A stretch of 63,324 bases of DNA, counting the filler, from Octopus bimaculoides (taxonomy: Eukaryota): NCBI RefSeq assembly GCF_001194135.2. It is 5 parts of 4 records of this genome, joined end to end, with 100 filler letters (N's around TTAATTAATTAA, not from the genome) between each part and the next. Parts side by side here need not be neighbours in the genome. Positions count along the whole stretch, not along the records: positions 1 to 24,832 come from NC_068988.1; 4 more parts are not named here. One strand, given 5' to 3'. The notes below the pieces were generated by a model. It saw nothing but the letters and a program-made list of their open reading frames with translations. It searched no databases and was not told the DNA's origin. A program made the translations under genes and the position numbers. Position 1 is the first letter of the stretch, and each line of letters opens with the position of its first letter. Below are positions 1 to 12,619 of this stretch, in pieces.

Positions 1-28
1 ATATATATATATATATATATATATACTT

Positions 29-381
29 GTAGGGAGTGGGGTACGTGAGTGTGCGGATATACCCTTGTCTTGACATCACGTGGCAGTTCGTAAGCGACAT
101 TATTCGTTTCCAATCTCCCATGAAAAGCATGTCTGGCAAAAGAGGAAATATTGCTATACTGGGAAACAGATGAGTGTTGACGAGAAGAAGGACACAGTGC
201 CGTAGAAAACCTGCCTCAATGAATTATAAGTGACTCATAGACGTTAAAACGACAGACATGGACGTTAAAACGACATGCATGGACGTTAAAACGACAGACA
301 TGGACGTTAAAACAACAGGACGTTAAAACGACAGGCATGGACGTTAAAACGACAGGCATGAACGTTAAAACGACAGCGATG
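29..381 (+). mobile_element. 3' part of an RTE-tailed short retroposon, ending in 7 tandem copies of its terminal motif
   Basis: Colinear with 12620-12830. The GAAGG..CCGTAGAAAA motif resembles the RTE LINE 3'UTR at 62880-62902 (minus). GACGTTAAAACGACAG(G/A)CATG is repeated at 240-381. Confidence 0.6.
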
Positions 382-738
382 ATTATGCTGTAACGATACT
401 GTCAAATTAAGATTTACCTTTAAGGCAATCAACCCCCTATCTTCTGATTCTACACTTATTTAGTGAATTGTCCCCCCAAAAGAAATGAGAGGTGAGGACA
501 GTCAGTAAACTGACCAAAACGGTTGGGACCTATAACATCGTTTAAAACACTGACAGGACAAAATAGTTGGATAAATAAACAAGTAGGCTGCTGGCTTTGC
601 CGTTTGTAGGTTGGCTTCTTGCCAGGACCAACTTAAGTCTATCGTCTCTAAAAGTTAATTAAATGAATAGCCGGAGATTACTTTGATAACTCGTCAAATG
701 CTCCAGCTTTAGCCATCACAATGGGAATGGCTGCAGGT

Positions 739-739
<1 letters not shown>

Positions 740-807
<68 letters not shown>
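740..807. repeat. (TAC)n microsatellite
   Basis: Direct reading. Confidence 0.95.
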
Positions 808-808
<1 letters not shown>

Positions 809-1089
809 GTTGCTGCTGCTACCGCTACATTTCTGTTCTGGCTAAAGACAAAGGTCTACTAGACTGGACCAACCATAGAATTAATAAAGATAAATTCAGA
901 GATAAGGAACGTGCTTATACGGGATTGGTCGCAAGCCCCGCTAGAAACAGCAGCCAAATGTACCGAATTTCATGGTACATTTGGCTGTAGGGAAAAACGT
1001 TTTTCGTGCATTAAAGTATGTAATATTTAAAACAATCTGGTAGGACATTACAAAGCATTGCAATGCAAGTAATATTTTAGTGAATATAG

Positions 1090-1437
1090 GCGCATGTGTG
1101 GCTGTGTGGTAAAAGAAGTTTGCTTTCCAACCACATGGCTTCAGGTTCTGTCCCATTGCGCGGAACCTTGAGCAAGTGTCTTCTGCTAAAGTATCAGATC
1201 CACCAAAGCTTTGTGAGTGGATTTGGCAGACGAAAACTGAAACACGCCCATTGTGTGTGTGTGTGTGTGTGTGCATGTGGTTGACCCACACCTCTGCTCA
1301 AATTAGCTGTTCGGCAAAGGAAACTGATCAAGTAGCAGGCTTAAAAAGAAAAGAGTGTGGTTGATTTATTTGACTAAAAGCTCTTCATGGCGGTGCCCCA
1401 GCTTGGCCACAGTCTAATGACTGAAACAAGTTAAAGA
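1090..1437 (+). mobile_element. tRNA-derived SINE family 1, degenerate near-full copy with internal (GT)n
   Basis: Colinear with 30721-31129 from GGCGCA..TGGCTGTGTGGTAA to ATGACTGAAACAAG. Confidence 0.8.
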
Positions 1438-4023
1438 CTGCAGTCAGGTTAGGTTGAAGGAACCGTCTGGAATAAAAATTAGTCCGTAGTAATGAGCGTC
1501 AGAGAAGAAATTGGCTTATAGGAATCCTAACAAATCCCAGATATTTTGAGACATTTTTTGTAGGGTGGGAAAATACATTTTATATATCATCAAATACGAT
1601 ACAAAGAAGGACACGTTGGATAATGAAGTTCTGGGTATATAATGACTGAAAAGCAAGACGGGTAGGTAAGTCTGTCTGCTGGATCATGTTGGTTGAAGGG
1701 AAGAGTAAAGATGGTGGGGTTAAACCAGTTAATCCTCAAAATGTAAATCTGATGTAATTTATCGAAGGAATATAATTAATAAAAATGGCCGCTAAGGCTA
1801 GTTAATAGGGGCTACACGGTTTATTACGTTAAAATGCAGTTCACCGTTGTGGAAAAAATAATTGATAGTAAATTGTTCTAGAAAACGAAGAAAAAAATTA
1901 ATGTAAATTGTGATAAAAACCTGAGGTGACGACAGAAGAAACTTAGTCGGTAATGTGGGATTAAAGATTATTTATTTACGTCATGTCTTCATGAGTTTTT
2001 GTGGTGAAGCATTTAAAGATCGAGAAAAACTGTTCGCGCATCAATGACTTTTCCCGTAAACGTGATTGTTTTTATCTTATATAAAATATACAGTTTTCAT
2101 GTTATTTTAAATATATGTACGTTTTATACATTGTTTACGTGAAATTATGGGATGTTACTGTCGTTACTTCCGGTTTCTATCGCCATTTACTTTTGTGACT
2201 GTTTTTAAAAACAATTCAGTGGTAAACTGCATTCTAACCTTATTACCTCGGTCAGGAGTTCAGATTCTTTTAACTGCAGCCAAATATATTGTTTATTGAA
2301 CAAGACCTAAAGCCCAATTTGTTTCAGAAAAGAAAAGGAGGTTTTCACTTCTACTTCACGGTTGAATAGTTACCAGTAGCAAAGGCATTGAACTATAAAA
2401 ATAATTGCTCCATAAAACAAAAAGAATCGTTTGCACGATTGTTGAAAGATTTGGCAACGTTCCTAAAGAAGAGAGTCGGAAATTCTCTAGAGTGCTGAAT
2501 GCCGTAATGTCTTCGAATAGGTAATTGTTTGAAGCGTCGCAGATTACGATTCTTCAAATATAAATAAATAAAAAAAATGGCCGCGGCGGCGGTGGTGGTG
2601 GTGGTGGTAGTGGGGAACAGCCGTCCATTTCCCCGTGATTTCTCAGTTTTGACTTTCTTTTGAAAATTTAAAAATTCTTAGATTTATACTTTGAATAGCT
2701 GAAATTATGATTCTTCAAAAGACATTCTTTTATTCTCTTACTGGTTTCAGCCAGAGGCTGNNNNNNNNNNNNNNNNNNNNNNNNNNNNNNNNNNNNNNNN
2801 NNNNNNNNNNNNNNNNNNNNNNNNNNNNNNNNNNNNNNNNNNNNNNNNNNNNNNNNNNNNNNNNNNNNNNNNNNNNNNNNNNNNNNNNNNNNNNNNNNNN
2901 NNNNNNNNNNNNNNNNNNNNNGTAATCTGAAAAAATTACCAAAAGAAGGAAGAATCGACAACAAAATCCTGACCCAGCAGAATTGTAATGTATGATACTT
3001 AAAAATGCATTCAAAGAAATTCAGCTCATGGCGTTTCATAGAAAGAATAAGAGCTACAGAAAAAAAGGAGAGAAAAAAACAAAAACAAAAAACAAAACAG
3101 AAAGCAAGAAATAAAGAAAAAAAAAACCCAGCAAGCAAACAATAGTATGAAAAATATATGTTAACGGCAGAGGCAGTATTAATATCAAAAGGTAATATTT
3201 ATCGTCACTTAAATATGGATGTTCTTTTAGAACAAATTATACTGTGGTAAATATCACGAGTGAAACTCTCATATTGGTTTTTGGTGTAAAAACTCTTTTT
3301 AATTAAAAGCAAAATGGATTCATTTAAGTACTCAATAGATGGTGAAAGAAGAAAAATAATAGTAATAAGCGTCAACTGAATTCGAACTCTACCCCACCCC
3401 CACACCTCACTGTTTTATATTAAACTAACAATTTCTATGTGGAAAAAGGCCGGGAAAATAAAAATAATTTCTGACTCTGTTGTTCAGGAATGCCGAGATT
3501 TGGCTGCTATTTCAAGCAGATCAAAAGACTACGGAGAGAGGCTCCCCTATTGCAGAATCGTAACGTACAAGATTTAAGACCTTTTGCCTGTCTTGTGAAT
3601 CACATGCGAGACACAGGACACATTTTCATGGTTTCTGTGCATCATATACGATAGACATTACCAATTTTTCTCAGCCACCAGAGTAACCAGCGACTGGGTT
3701 AACTAAAAGACTGAAAACAATCATCGATGTTTAGGACAAACTTATGAAAATGATGTGGACAAGCAAAGGGCTGAGGCGTTCCTACTGGTCTATAGAGCGA
3801 CGATGAGACGATATGATCAGCCTAACCTATTTATCTATGTATTAAGGGAATGTTGTGTTGGTGGAATGACGTGATCTACCAATATCGAAGGATTGCTAAG
3901 GGTTCCTGCTGTACAACATAATTTACGACTCTTCAGAGACGCCAATTTGTTCTTTCTAACTAACCGGATGGCTGCATCAGACGCAACCTTACACGAAACA
4001 CACACACTCTCTCTCTCTGTTCA

Positions 4024-4250
4024 TCGTTTTACTCTTTTTCAGTTATTTGACTGCGGCCATTCTGGAGCACCGCCTTTGGACTTATTCTTTGCTGGAGCAC
4101 CCCAGGACTTATTCTTTGTACTTATTCTATCGGTCTCTTTTGCCGAACCGCCAAGTTACGGGATGTAAAGAAACAACCATCGGTTGTCAAGCGATGTTGG
4201 GGGGACAAACATAGACACTCAAACATATGCACACACATACACACACACAC
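4024..4250 (-). mobile_element. SINE family 1, 3' half running into a gap
   Basis: Reverse complement of the 3' half of 30721-31129; small internal duplication of GGACTTATTCTTTG. Confidence 0.85.
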
Positions 4251-5145
4251 NNNNNNNNNNNNNNNNNNNNNNNNNNNNNNNNNNNNNNNNNNNNNNNNNN
4301 NNNNNNNNNNNNNNNNNNNNNNNNNNNNNNNNNNNNNNNNNNNNNNNNNNNNNNNNNNNNNNNNNNNNNNNNNNNNNNNNNNNNNNNNNNNNNNNNNNNN
4401 NNNNNNNNNNNNNNNNNNNNNNNNNNNNNNNNNNNNNNNNNNNNNNNNNNNNNNNATTAACACTATAAATGCTATTGCCCTTATTCACGATTCTAAAAAA
4501 AAAAATAACAATTACGTACATTTTATAACACACTAACCTTCTACTCCAAATGTTTAATTCTTTTTCCTTTCCTTTTTTTCCCATCAAGGAAGTTTAGATA
4601 AGTTCAATGAAACTGTTGAGATAATGCATTTTTTATTTGTTTTTGTTCGGCAAAGGACGAAAGCATCATCTGTTTGTTTATTATGCAGCAAAATTCTTGT
4701 AGCCACGTAGTCAGCCCCCATCTCCGACTAACTAACAGACAAAACACCCCCCAAAATTGTTTATACTCAGAAATAAGGAGAAACGAATGCCTTCGGAGTT
4801 TAAAACTCGTAATTTTTAAATGAAGTCTACTTGTCTTCCTGTTATTAAATACAACGTGTTAATATCATTCACACGATATATCATCTTTCTCTTCCGGTTA
4901 CTTATTAGAATATATTTTACTTTATTTTTTTATTTTTCGCGCCTTTTCGACGTAAAAAATGTTTATTGTTCGAGCAAATAACATGTGCGCATGCGTATAG
5001 TGCATACTCCTATCGATTTCGACGTATAAGTCTGCAACGTACACAGACAGACGATTTGTTTTCGGTGATGAAGATCTGTATAGGACCAGTTATATTCTTT
5101 GGAAATGTTGACAGCAGAAAGCTGTCACGTAATCAATATATATCA

Positions 5146-5323
5146 TCTTTTACTTGTTTCAGTCATTAAACTGCGGCCATGCAGAAGCAACGCATCGAAG
5201 AATGATTTGAGTCAAATTAATCGACCCCAAGACTTAATATTTTGTTAAGCTTGGTACTTACTTATTCTATCGGTCTCTCTTGCCAAACCGCTAAGTTACG
5301 AAGACGTAAACACACCAACACCA
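5146..5323 (-). mobile_element. SINE family 1, 3' half
   Basis: Reverse complement matches GTGTTTACGTC...GACTGAAACAAGTAAAAGA. Confidence 0.85.
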
Positions 5324-5453
5324 TGTCTTTACGTCCCCCGATAGAATAAGTACTAGGCTTACAAAGAATAAGTCCTGGGGTCGATTTGCTCGACTAAAGG
5401 CGGTGCTCCAGCATGGCCACAGTCAAATGACTGAAACAAATAAAAGAATAAAA
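5324..5453 (+). mobile_element. SINE family 1, 3' half abutting the previous copy in opposite orientation
   Basis: Near-identical to the 3' part of 30721-31129, with a ~27-nt internal deletion. Confidence 0.85.
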
Positions 5454-6677
5454 CAATATATACTTATATATGATCATGCGTGTGTGTGTGTACGTGTGTG
5501 TAAGAACAAATAAATAAATATGACTAAAGAACACAAATAAGATAACAAAACAAAAATAAAAACGTGAAAAGAATAAAAAACCAAACGCAACTGACACAAA
5601 ATGCCCCATTATGGAAATAACTGGGCGAATTATATTAAGAGCTGTGATATATAATCGTGTGTATTTGATGTGAAAGGTAGAATTTCAAAGTTGTGTTCAA
5701 CGTCTATGTATGTATATATATTATGTGTATGGTGTTATGTGTGTGTATATAGTTAACATTTAACGATGTATCACATCCTCAACGATGGGATGGTGGTTCA
5801 AATGATGGCGATACAATTCCGTCNNNNNNNNNNTATATATATATACATACATATATATATATACATATGTATATATATTATGTGTATGGTGTTATGTGTG
5901 TGTATATAGTTAACATTTAACGATGTATCACATCCTCAACGATGGGATGGTGGTTCAAATGATGGCGATACAATTCCGTCATTGCAGAATAGCAGCAAAG
6001 GTCAAAGGTCACAAAGAAGATATGGACAGATAGACATTCATACGCACGCGCACACACTCAACGGTTCAGATTGAGAGACAGAGAGACACAGAAAGAGAGA
6101 AATAGACAGAGATAGAAAAGGATAGAGAGATAAAAAGAGAGAAACAAGAGAGGGGTAGAGAGAGAGAGAGAGAGAGAGAAACTGACAGACAGAAAGAGAA
6201 AGAAAGATAGATATATAGAGAGACATATGGAGAGAAGGGTAAGATAGGAAGAGATGGAAAGAGAGAGACAAACACCAAGACAGAAAGAGAGAGACAAAGA
6301 AAGACAGACAACAACAGAGAAAGATAGAGTGAGACCGACAGACAGACAGACAGGCTGACAGAATGGTAAAGACAAAAAAAATGCAACTTACTTTCAAAAT
6401 TTTCTATGCCGTTCTTTATAAGCTGTGTAAGCTGATAATTGGCCTTTTCCAAATGATCTGTGAACATTCCTTCGGATAATTTCATATACATCTCCTCCAT
6501 TGCTCCGGAGCAACAGGTTCTGCCTGGTTCCAGACCGTTAAAACATACGGAGAGTTCAGTTTCTGAATTATAAAAGAGAAAAAAAAAACACAGATAAATA
6601 AAAAATAAATTGTAATGATATTATTCGAGGATCGCAGAGAAGGAAATAATGATAATAATAATAATAATAATAATAAT

Positions 6678-6838
6678 AAACTAGCACTTCTAGAAACGGC
6701 GCACATCTTACGTAAAACACTTTCAATACAGTAAAAATAAGAGCACCACAGCACATACCCAAGGCACACAGAGCTGCGCTCGGTGGTGCAGCGAAAGCAC
6801 GTGATAAAAATAAGATTACTGAATAATAATGATGATGA
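6678..6838 (+). mobile_element. R4/Dong-clade LINE, extreme 3' fragment inside (AAT)n
   Basis: Encodes ALLETAHILRKTLSIQ*; 3'UTR shared with 57451-57530; (AAT)n on both sides. Confidence 0.75.
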
Positions 6839-6844
6839 CGATTT

Positions 6845-6985
6845 CGAATTTTGGCACAAGGCCAGCAATTTCGAAGTGGGTGGGTGGTGGGGCAGATAGT
6901 CGATTACGTCGACCTCAGTACTCAACTGGTACTTATTTTATCGCCACTTGAAAGGAGGTAAGGTAAAGTCCACCTCGGCGGAAGT
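6845..6985 (-). mobile_element. SINE family 2, 3' part
   Basis: Reverse complement matches the GCCGAGGT.GACTTT.CCT...AAGTACCAG core of 57030-57425. Confidence 0.75.
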
Positions 6986-7124
6986 AAGCGTGGAGTTAAA
7001 CCGGGAGACAAAACAGGTCCACCACTTTTTGGGTAACCTTCGTAAAATGTAAACTTTCATATTGCCAACAGTAAAATAAATGTCTGTGCGTGACGTGGGG
7101 GGGGACATAAAGAAAGAAGGAAAT

Positions 7125-7227
<103 letters not shown>

Positions 7228-7550
7228 TTTGCTTTTAGAACCATTATTTGTTTTAATTCTTTTAATTTCCCAAGCTTGTAATGGGGTAGATGCCTTGGGA
7301 TTTTACAATAGTTTAACTTAGTGCCGCATCGTCAGTCTTGTGTCAACACTTGTTAGAAGTTCAACATTCTACAATGCAAGTGACGCTGTTTTATTCCAAA
7401 TCTTCATTGGCCTGAAACAACCTTTACATTAATTTGAATGTCACACACGCATACACACACACACACACACCACATCATGTATTAACAGCAAGCATATTTC
7501 ACAAAATCATTCTTCTTATTGTATTCATCACTGGTTACTTTCTTTAATGT

Positions 7551-7934
7551 GGAGGCGCAATGGCCCAGTGGTTAGGGCAGCGGACTCGCGGTCATAGGAT
7601 CGCGGTTTCGATTCCCAGACCGGGTGTTGTGAGTGTTTATTGAGCGAAAACACCTAAAGCGTCACGAGGCTCCGGCAGGGGATGGTGACGAACCCTGCTG
7701 TACTCTTTCACCACAACTTTCTCTCACTCTTTCTTCCTGTTTCTGTTGTACCTGTATTTCAAAGGGTCAGCCTTGTCATACTGTGTCACGCTGAATCTCC
7801 CCGAGAACTACGTTAACGGTACACGTGGCTGTGGAGTGCTCAGCCACGTGCACGTTAATTTCACGAATAGGCTGTTCCGTTGATTGGATCAACTGGAACC
7901 CTCGACGTCGTAAGCGACGGAGTGCCAACAACAA
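7551..7934 (+). mobile_element. tRNA-derived SINE family 3, full length
   Basis: A box TGGCCCAGTGG (7561-7571), B box GGTTTCGATTCCC (7604-7616); 3' half shared with 29688-30002 and 58503-58828. Confidence 0.85.
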
Positions 7935-7965
7935 ACTTTCTTTAATATGTTATCATTTCACTTCT

Positions 7966-8101
7966 TTCGTCTGTCTTTACGTTCTGAGTTCAAATCCCAC
8001 CAAGGTCGACTTTGCCTTTCATCCTTTCGGGTTCGATAAATTAAGTAATAGACTGGCTCTCTCCCTCAAAATTTCGGGCCTTGTGCCTAGAGTAGAAAAG
8101 A
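7966..8101 (+). mobile_element. SINE family 2, 5'-truncated, with 16-bp TSD
   Basis: TTATCATTTCACTTCT at 7950-7965 and 8102-8117; core matches 57080-57160. Confidence 0.85.
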
Positions 8102-8117
8102 TTATCATTTCACTTCT

Positions 8118-8300
8118 CAGAGTTCTTGATTATAATTGCTTCGACTAATTTCGCAAGAGCGGGCAACAACCTGTCGTCGAGGTTCTCACAGAGTCCCTTC
8201 CCACGATGCTCAACAAGTACCAATATCCCTGCTGTCCCCAATAAAGCAGTTTACTGAGCATGTTCTACCCTCAAGTCAATCCCAAATTCTCCAGTTGAAC
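8118..8300 (-). mobile_element. R4/Dong-clade LINE 3' end, continuing into a gap
   Basis: Minus strand reads GIDLRVEHAQ*TALLGTAGIL; related to 26940-27050. Confidence 0.7.
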
Positions 8301-9427
8301 NNNNNNNNNNNNNNNNNNNNNNNNNNNNNNNNNNNNNNNNNNNNNNNNNNNNNNNNNNNNNNNNNNNNNNNNNNNNNNNNNNNNNNNNNNNNNNNNNNNN
8401 NNNNNNNNNNNNNNNNNNNNNNNNNNNNNNNNNNNNNNNNNNNNNNNNNNNNNNNNNNNNNNNNNNNNNNNNNNNNNNNNNNNNNNNNNNNNNNNNNNNN
8501 NNNNNNNNNNNNNNNNNNNNNNNNNNNNNNNNNNNNNNNNNNNNNNNNNNNNNNNNNNNNNNNNNNNNNNNNNNNNNNNNNNNNNNNNNNNNNNNNNNNN
8601 NNNNNNNNNNNNNNNNNNNNNNNNNNNNNNNNNNNNNNNNNNNNNNNNNNNNNNNNNNNNNNNNNNNNNNNNNNNNNNNNNNNNNNNNNNNNNNNNNNNN
8701 NNNNNNNNNNNNNNNNNNNNNNNNNNNNNNNNNNNNNNNNNNNNNNNNNNNNNNNNNNNNNNNNNNNNNNNNNNNNNNNNNNNNNNNNNNNNNNNNNNNN
8801 NNNNNNNNNNNNNNNNNNNNNNNNNNNNNNNNNNNNNNNNNNNNNNNNNNNNNNNNNNNNNNNNNNNNNNNNNNNNNNNNNNNNNNNNNNNNNNNNNNNN
8901 NNNNNNNNNNNNNNNNNNNNNNNNNNNNNNNNNNNNNNNNNNNNNNNNNNNNNNNNNNNNNNNNNNNNNNNNNNNNNNNNNNNNNNNNNNNNNNNNNNNN
9001 NNNNNNNNNNNNNNNNNNNNNNNNNNNNNNNNNNNNNNNNNNNNNNNNNNNNNNNNNNNNNNNNNNNNNNNNNNNNNNNNNNNNNNNNNNNNNNNNNNNN
9101 NNNNNNNNNNNNNNNNNNNNNNNNNNNNNNNNNNNNNNNNNNNNNNNNNNNNNNNNNNNNNNNNNNNNNNNNNNNNNNNNNNNNNNNNNNNNNNNNNNNN
9201 NNNNNNNNNNNNNNNNNNNNNNNNNNNNNNNNNNNNNNNNNNNNNNNNGAACAAAAGTGTATGAAAGTTCACAGCTAATAACTAGGTTGATGCTGAAAGA
9301 ATTAAAGTTAATACGTTTCGGAGAAAGTACTTCTTCAGATATCAAAGAAAAGTCTAGAAATTGAGAAGAGAAAAAATGACTTTAAAAAAAAGAGCCAGGA
9401 AAAACGCATGTGGGCTCGGATATATAT

Positions 9428-9470
<43 letters not shown>

Positions 9471-10705
9471 GAACTGACCGTCACTCGCAATGGAGAATGA
9501 CTAGGTCGCACGCAAAATACTTTCGCTAATTTGTGCGTCTGCGTTCGCGCGCACGAAACAGGTTATATGTAAACACAGGTATGGCTGTATGTTTAAGAGG
9601 TTCGCTTCAGAACCATGCGGTTAGCGGTTCGATCCAACGGCTTGGATGCTGTCGGCTGATGTCTTCCATTGCAGCAACGTTCACTAATTCGTTATGAGTG
9701 AAATTGCTTGAAAGAAAAACTCAAGTTCGTCGCGAATCGGCGTCAAATTTACATAATTCATATACACTAAGAAAAATGCGCACACGCACGCAATCAGAAG
9801 CACCACACGCATACACAGAGAGTCACAAACACATCTAATAAGAAAATGCTAAATACATACACACACTTTCAAACAAAAGATAAACGACTTATATGTTACG
9901 TACAGACACACACGCAAACACACACACACACGTACAGATAGGTTGGGAAAGATATATACACATAGGAAAACAGAGAGAAATAAACACACACACACAAATG
10001 CATCTACGAATATATACATACATACATATATATATAAGATCGGNNNNNNNNNNNNNNNNNNNNNNNNNNNNNNNNNNNNNNNNNNNNNNNNNNNNNNNNN
10101 NNNNNNNNNNNNNNNNNNNNNNNNNNNNNNNNNNNNNNNNNNNNNNNNNNNNNNNNNNNNNNNNNNNNNNNNNNNNNNNNNNNNNNNNNNNNNNNNNNNN
10201 NNNNNNNNNNNNNNNNNNNNNNNNNNNNNNNNNNNNNNNNNNNNNNNNNNNNNNNNNNNNNNNNNNNNNNNNNNNNNNNNNNNNNNNNNNNNNNNNNNNN
10301 NNNNNNNNNNNNNNNNNNNNNNNNNNNNNNNNNNNNNNNNNNNNNNNNNNNNNNNNNNNNNNNNNNNNNNNNNNNNNNNNNNNNNNNNNNNNNNNNNNNN
10401 NNNNNNNNNNNNNNNNNNNNNNNNNNNNNNNNNNNNNNNNNNNNNNNNNNNNNNNNNNNNNNNNNNNNNNNNNNNNNNNNNNNNNNNNNNNTATATATAT
10501 ATATATATTAATATATATCGTTGCTGTTATGTTAAACTATCCTATGTCCAAATTTAGCCAAATTCGTTTTTTTCTTTTTGCAATATATATTTTTGCTTGC
10601 CATACCGGTTCTTTTGGTCAAACTATCGTATCTTCAGCTGCTTCAGATGCCAAAATATCAAAAATTGTCAAAGTGTAGTACAACGGGTTTGCTATGGAAT
10701 GGTGA

Positions 10706-11165
10706 GACTATATTTTTCATTTTCTGAAAAAGCCACGTCTTGGACTTACGACACTTTTTCATAATAGCAACGATAATGCCTGCAAATCTAATCCAGGTCT
10801 ATACATAAATATCCCAACACTAGAATACTTAAAATTAAGGCCTATTATTGCTGGCCCGGCCCGTGAAACACGCCGCCTAAGCAACTTTCTGGACATACTA
10901 TTGAAACCTTTCCTCAGATACATTAGAAGTTTCATTAGAGACGAGCTGGACATGCTAGAGCATCTACCAAAAACCACCAACGAAGAAGCTCTATTAGTCT
11001 CCTTCGATGTCATCATCCTCTGCACTAACATTCCACATAACTACGGAGTAGAAGCAATAAAATTCTGGTTAGGATATCACTACATCCATAAAATATGTAT
11101 ATATTTTAAGAAATTTCTTTATAAAAAGATATTAAACTATGTGAAACGAAGGCATGTCTCTTCCA
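10706..11165 (+). pseudogene. Penelope-like element reverse transcriptase fragment
   Basis: One open frame: LKLRPIIAGPARETRRLSNFLDILLKPFL...IRDELDML...LLVSFDVIILCTNIPHNYGVEAIKFWL, matching the PLE RT motifs RPII, SFDV.SL.TNIP. It breaks off before the catalytic DD motif. Confidence 0.8.
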
Positions 11166-11193
11166 CTTTTTATATATACATACATATATATAC

Positions 11194-11236
<43 letters not shown>

Positions 11237-11344
11237 CATACATACATAATATATACATACATAATATATACATATATATATACACACACACATATATATA
11301 TACATACATACACACATATATACATACATATATATATGTGTGTG

Positions 11345-11660
11345 TTTACAGCGAGCTTCTTACAGTTTCCGTCTATCAAATCCATTCACAAGGCTTTGAT
11401 TGTCCGAGACTATAGTAGAAGACACTTCCCTGCGCCTAATGCGCGTGCACACACACACATACACATACATATATATATATACACATACATTCATACATCG
11501 GGCTTCTTTCGGTCTCCGTTTGCCAAACCTCCAGACCCATTCACAAGGCTTTGGTTGGCATGAGGCTATAATAGAACACACTTGCCCAAGGTGCTGCATG
11601 GTGGGACTGAACCCAAAATTACATGGCTAGAAAAAAAACTTCTTAACCATACAGGTACCC
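11345..11660 (-). mobile_element. Two tandem 5' halves of SINE family 1 separated by microsatellite
   Basis: 11345-11437 and 11498-11660 both match the reverse complement of the 5' half of 30721-31129. Confidence 0.8.
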
Positions 11661-12502
11661 CTCCCCCTCCCCCTACACATACACACAGACACACGCGTGC
11701 GCACAGAATCGGAATGGAATTTTTTCTGATCACTAAACTCCCACGATATAATATTTCAGAGAAATTAACGACCCTGTATTACAGTATGTAAACAAATCAC
11801 GTGATATTATTCCACTGCCGCCGGCGCCGCCACCACCACCACCACCACCACCACCTCGTTTCCATTCCAAGTTCTCCCATTACATCATCAACTACNNNNN
11901 NNNNNNNNNNNNNNNNNNNNNNNNNNNNNNNNNNNNNNNNNNNNNNNNNNNNNNNNNNNNNNNNNNNNNNNNNNNNNNNNNNNNNNNNNNNNNNNNNNNN
12001 NNNNNNNNNNNNNNNNNNNNNNNNNNNNNNNNNNNNNNNNNNNNNNNNNNNNNNNNNNNNNNNNNNNNNNNNNNNNNNNNNNNNNNNNNNNNNNNNNNNN
12101 NNNNNNNNNNNNNNNNNNNNNNNNNNNNNNNNNNNNNNNNNNNNNNNNNNNNNNNNNNNNNNNNNNNNNNNNNNNNNNNNNNNNNNNNNNNNNNNNNNNN
12201 NNNNNNNNNNNNNNNNNNNNNNNNNNNNNNNNNNNNNNNNNNNNNNNNNNNNNNNNNNNNNNNNNNNNNNNNNNNNNNNNNNNNNNNNNNNNNNNNNNNN
12301 NNNNNNNNNNNNNNNNNNNNNNNNNNNNNNNNNNNNNNNNNNNNNNNNNNNNNNNNNNNNNNNNNNNNNNNNNNNNNNNNNNNNNNNNNNNNNNNNNNNN
12401 NNNNNNNNNNNNNNNNNNNNNNNNNNNNNNNNNNNNNNNNNNNNNNNNNNNNNNNNNNNNNNNNNNNNNNNNNNNNNNNNNNNNNNNNNNNNNNNNNNNN
12501 NN

Positions 12503-12554
<52 letters not shown>

Positions 12555-12619
12555 CGTCGCCGTCGGCTCCAGCTCGTATCCGAGCATTTTGTCTGTGTGT
12601 GCATGTGTAAGCGTGCGCG

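Noticed and set aside
240-381. CRISPR-like array
   Set aside because: Units are contiguous with no unique spacers, no cas genes are present, and the context is eukaryotic
5709-5980. 115-bp direct repeat (5709-5823 and 5866-5980)
   Set aside because: Identical copies either side of a 10-N gap; most likely unmerged overlapping contig ends. A similar case is at 32178-32225.
7551-7625. tRNA gene (also heads at 22800-22874, 29688, 58503)
   Set aside because: A and B boxes are present but there is no complete cloverleaf or terminator, and each continues into a SINE body
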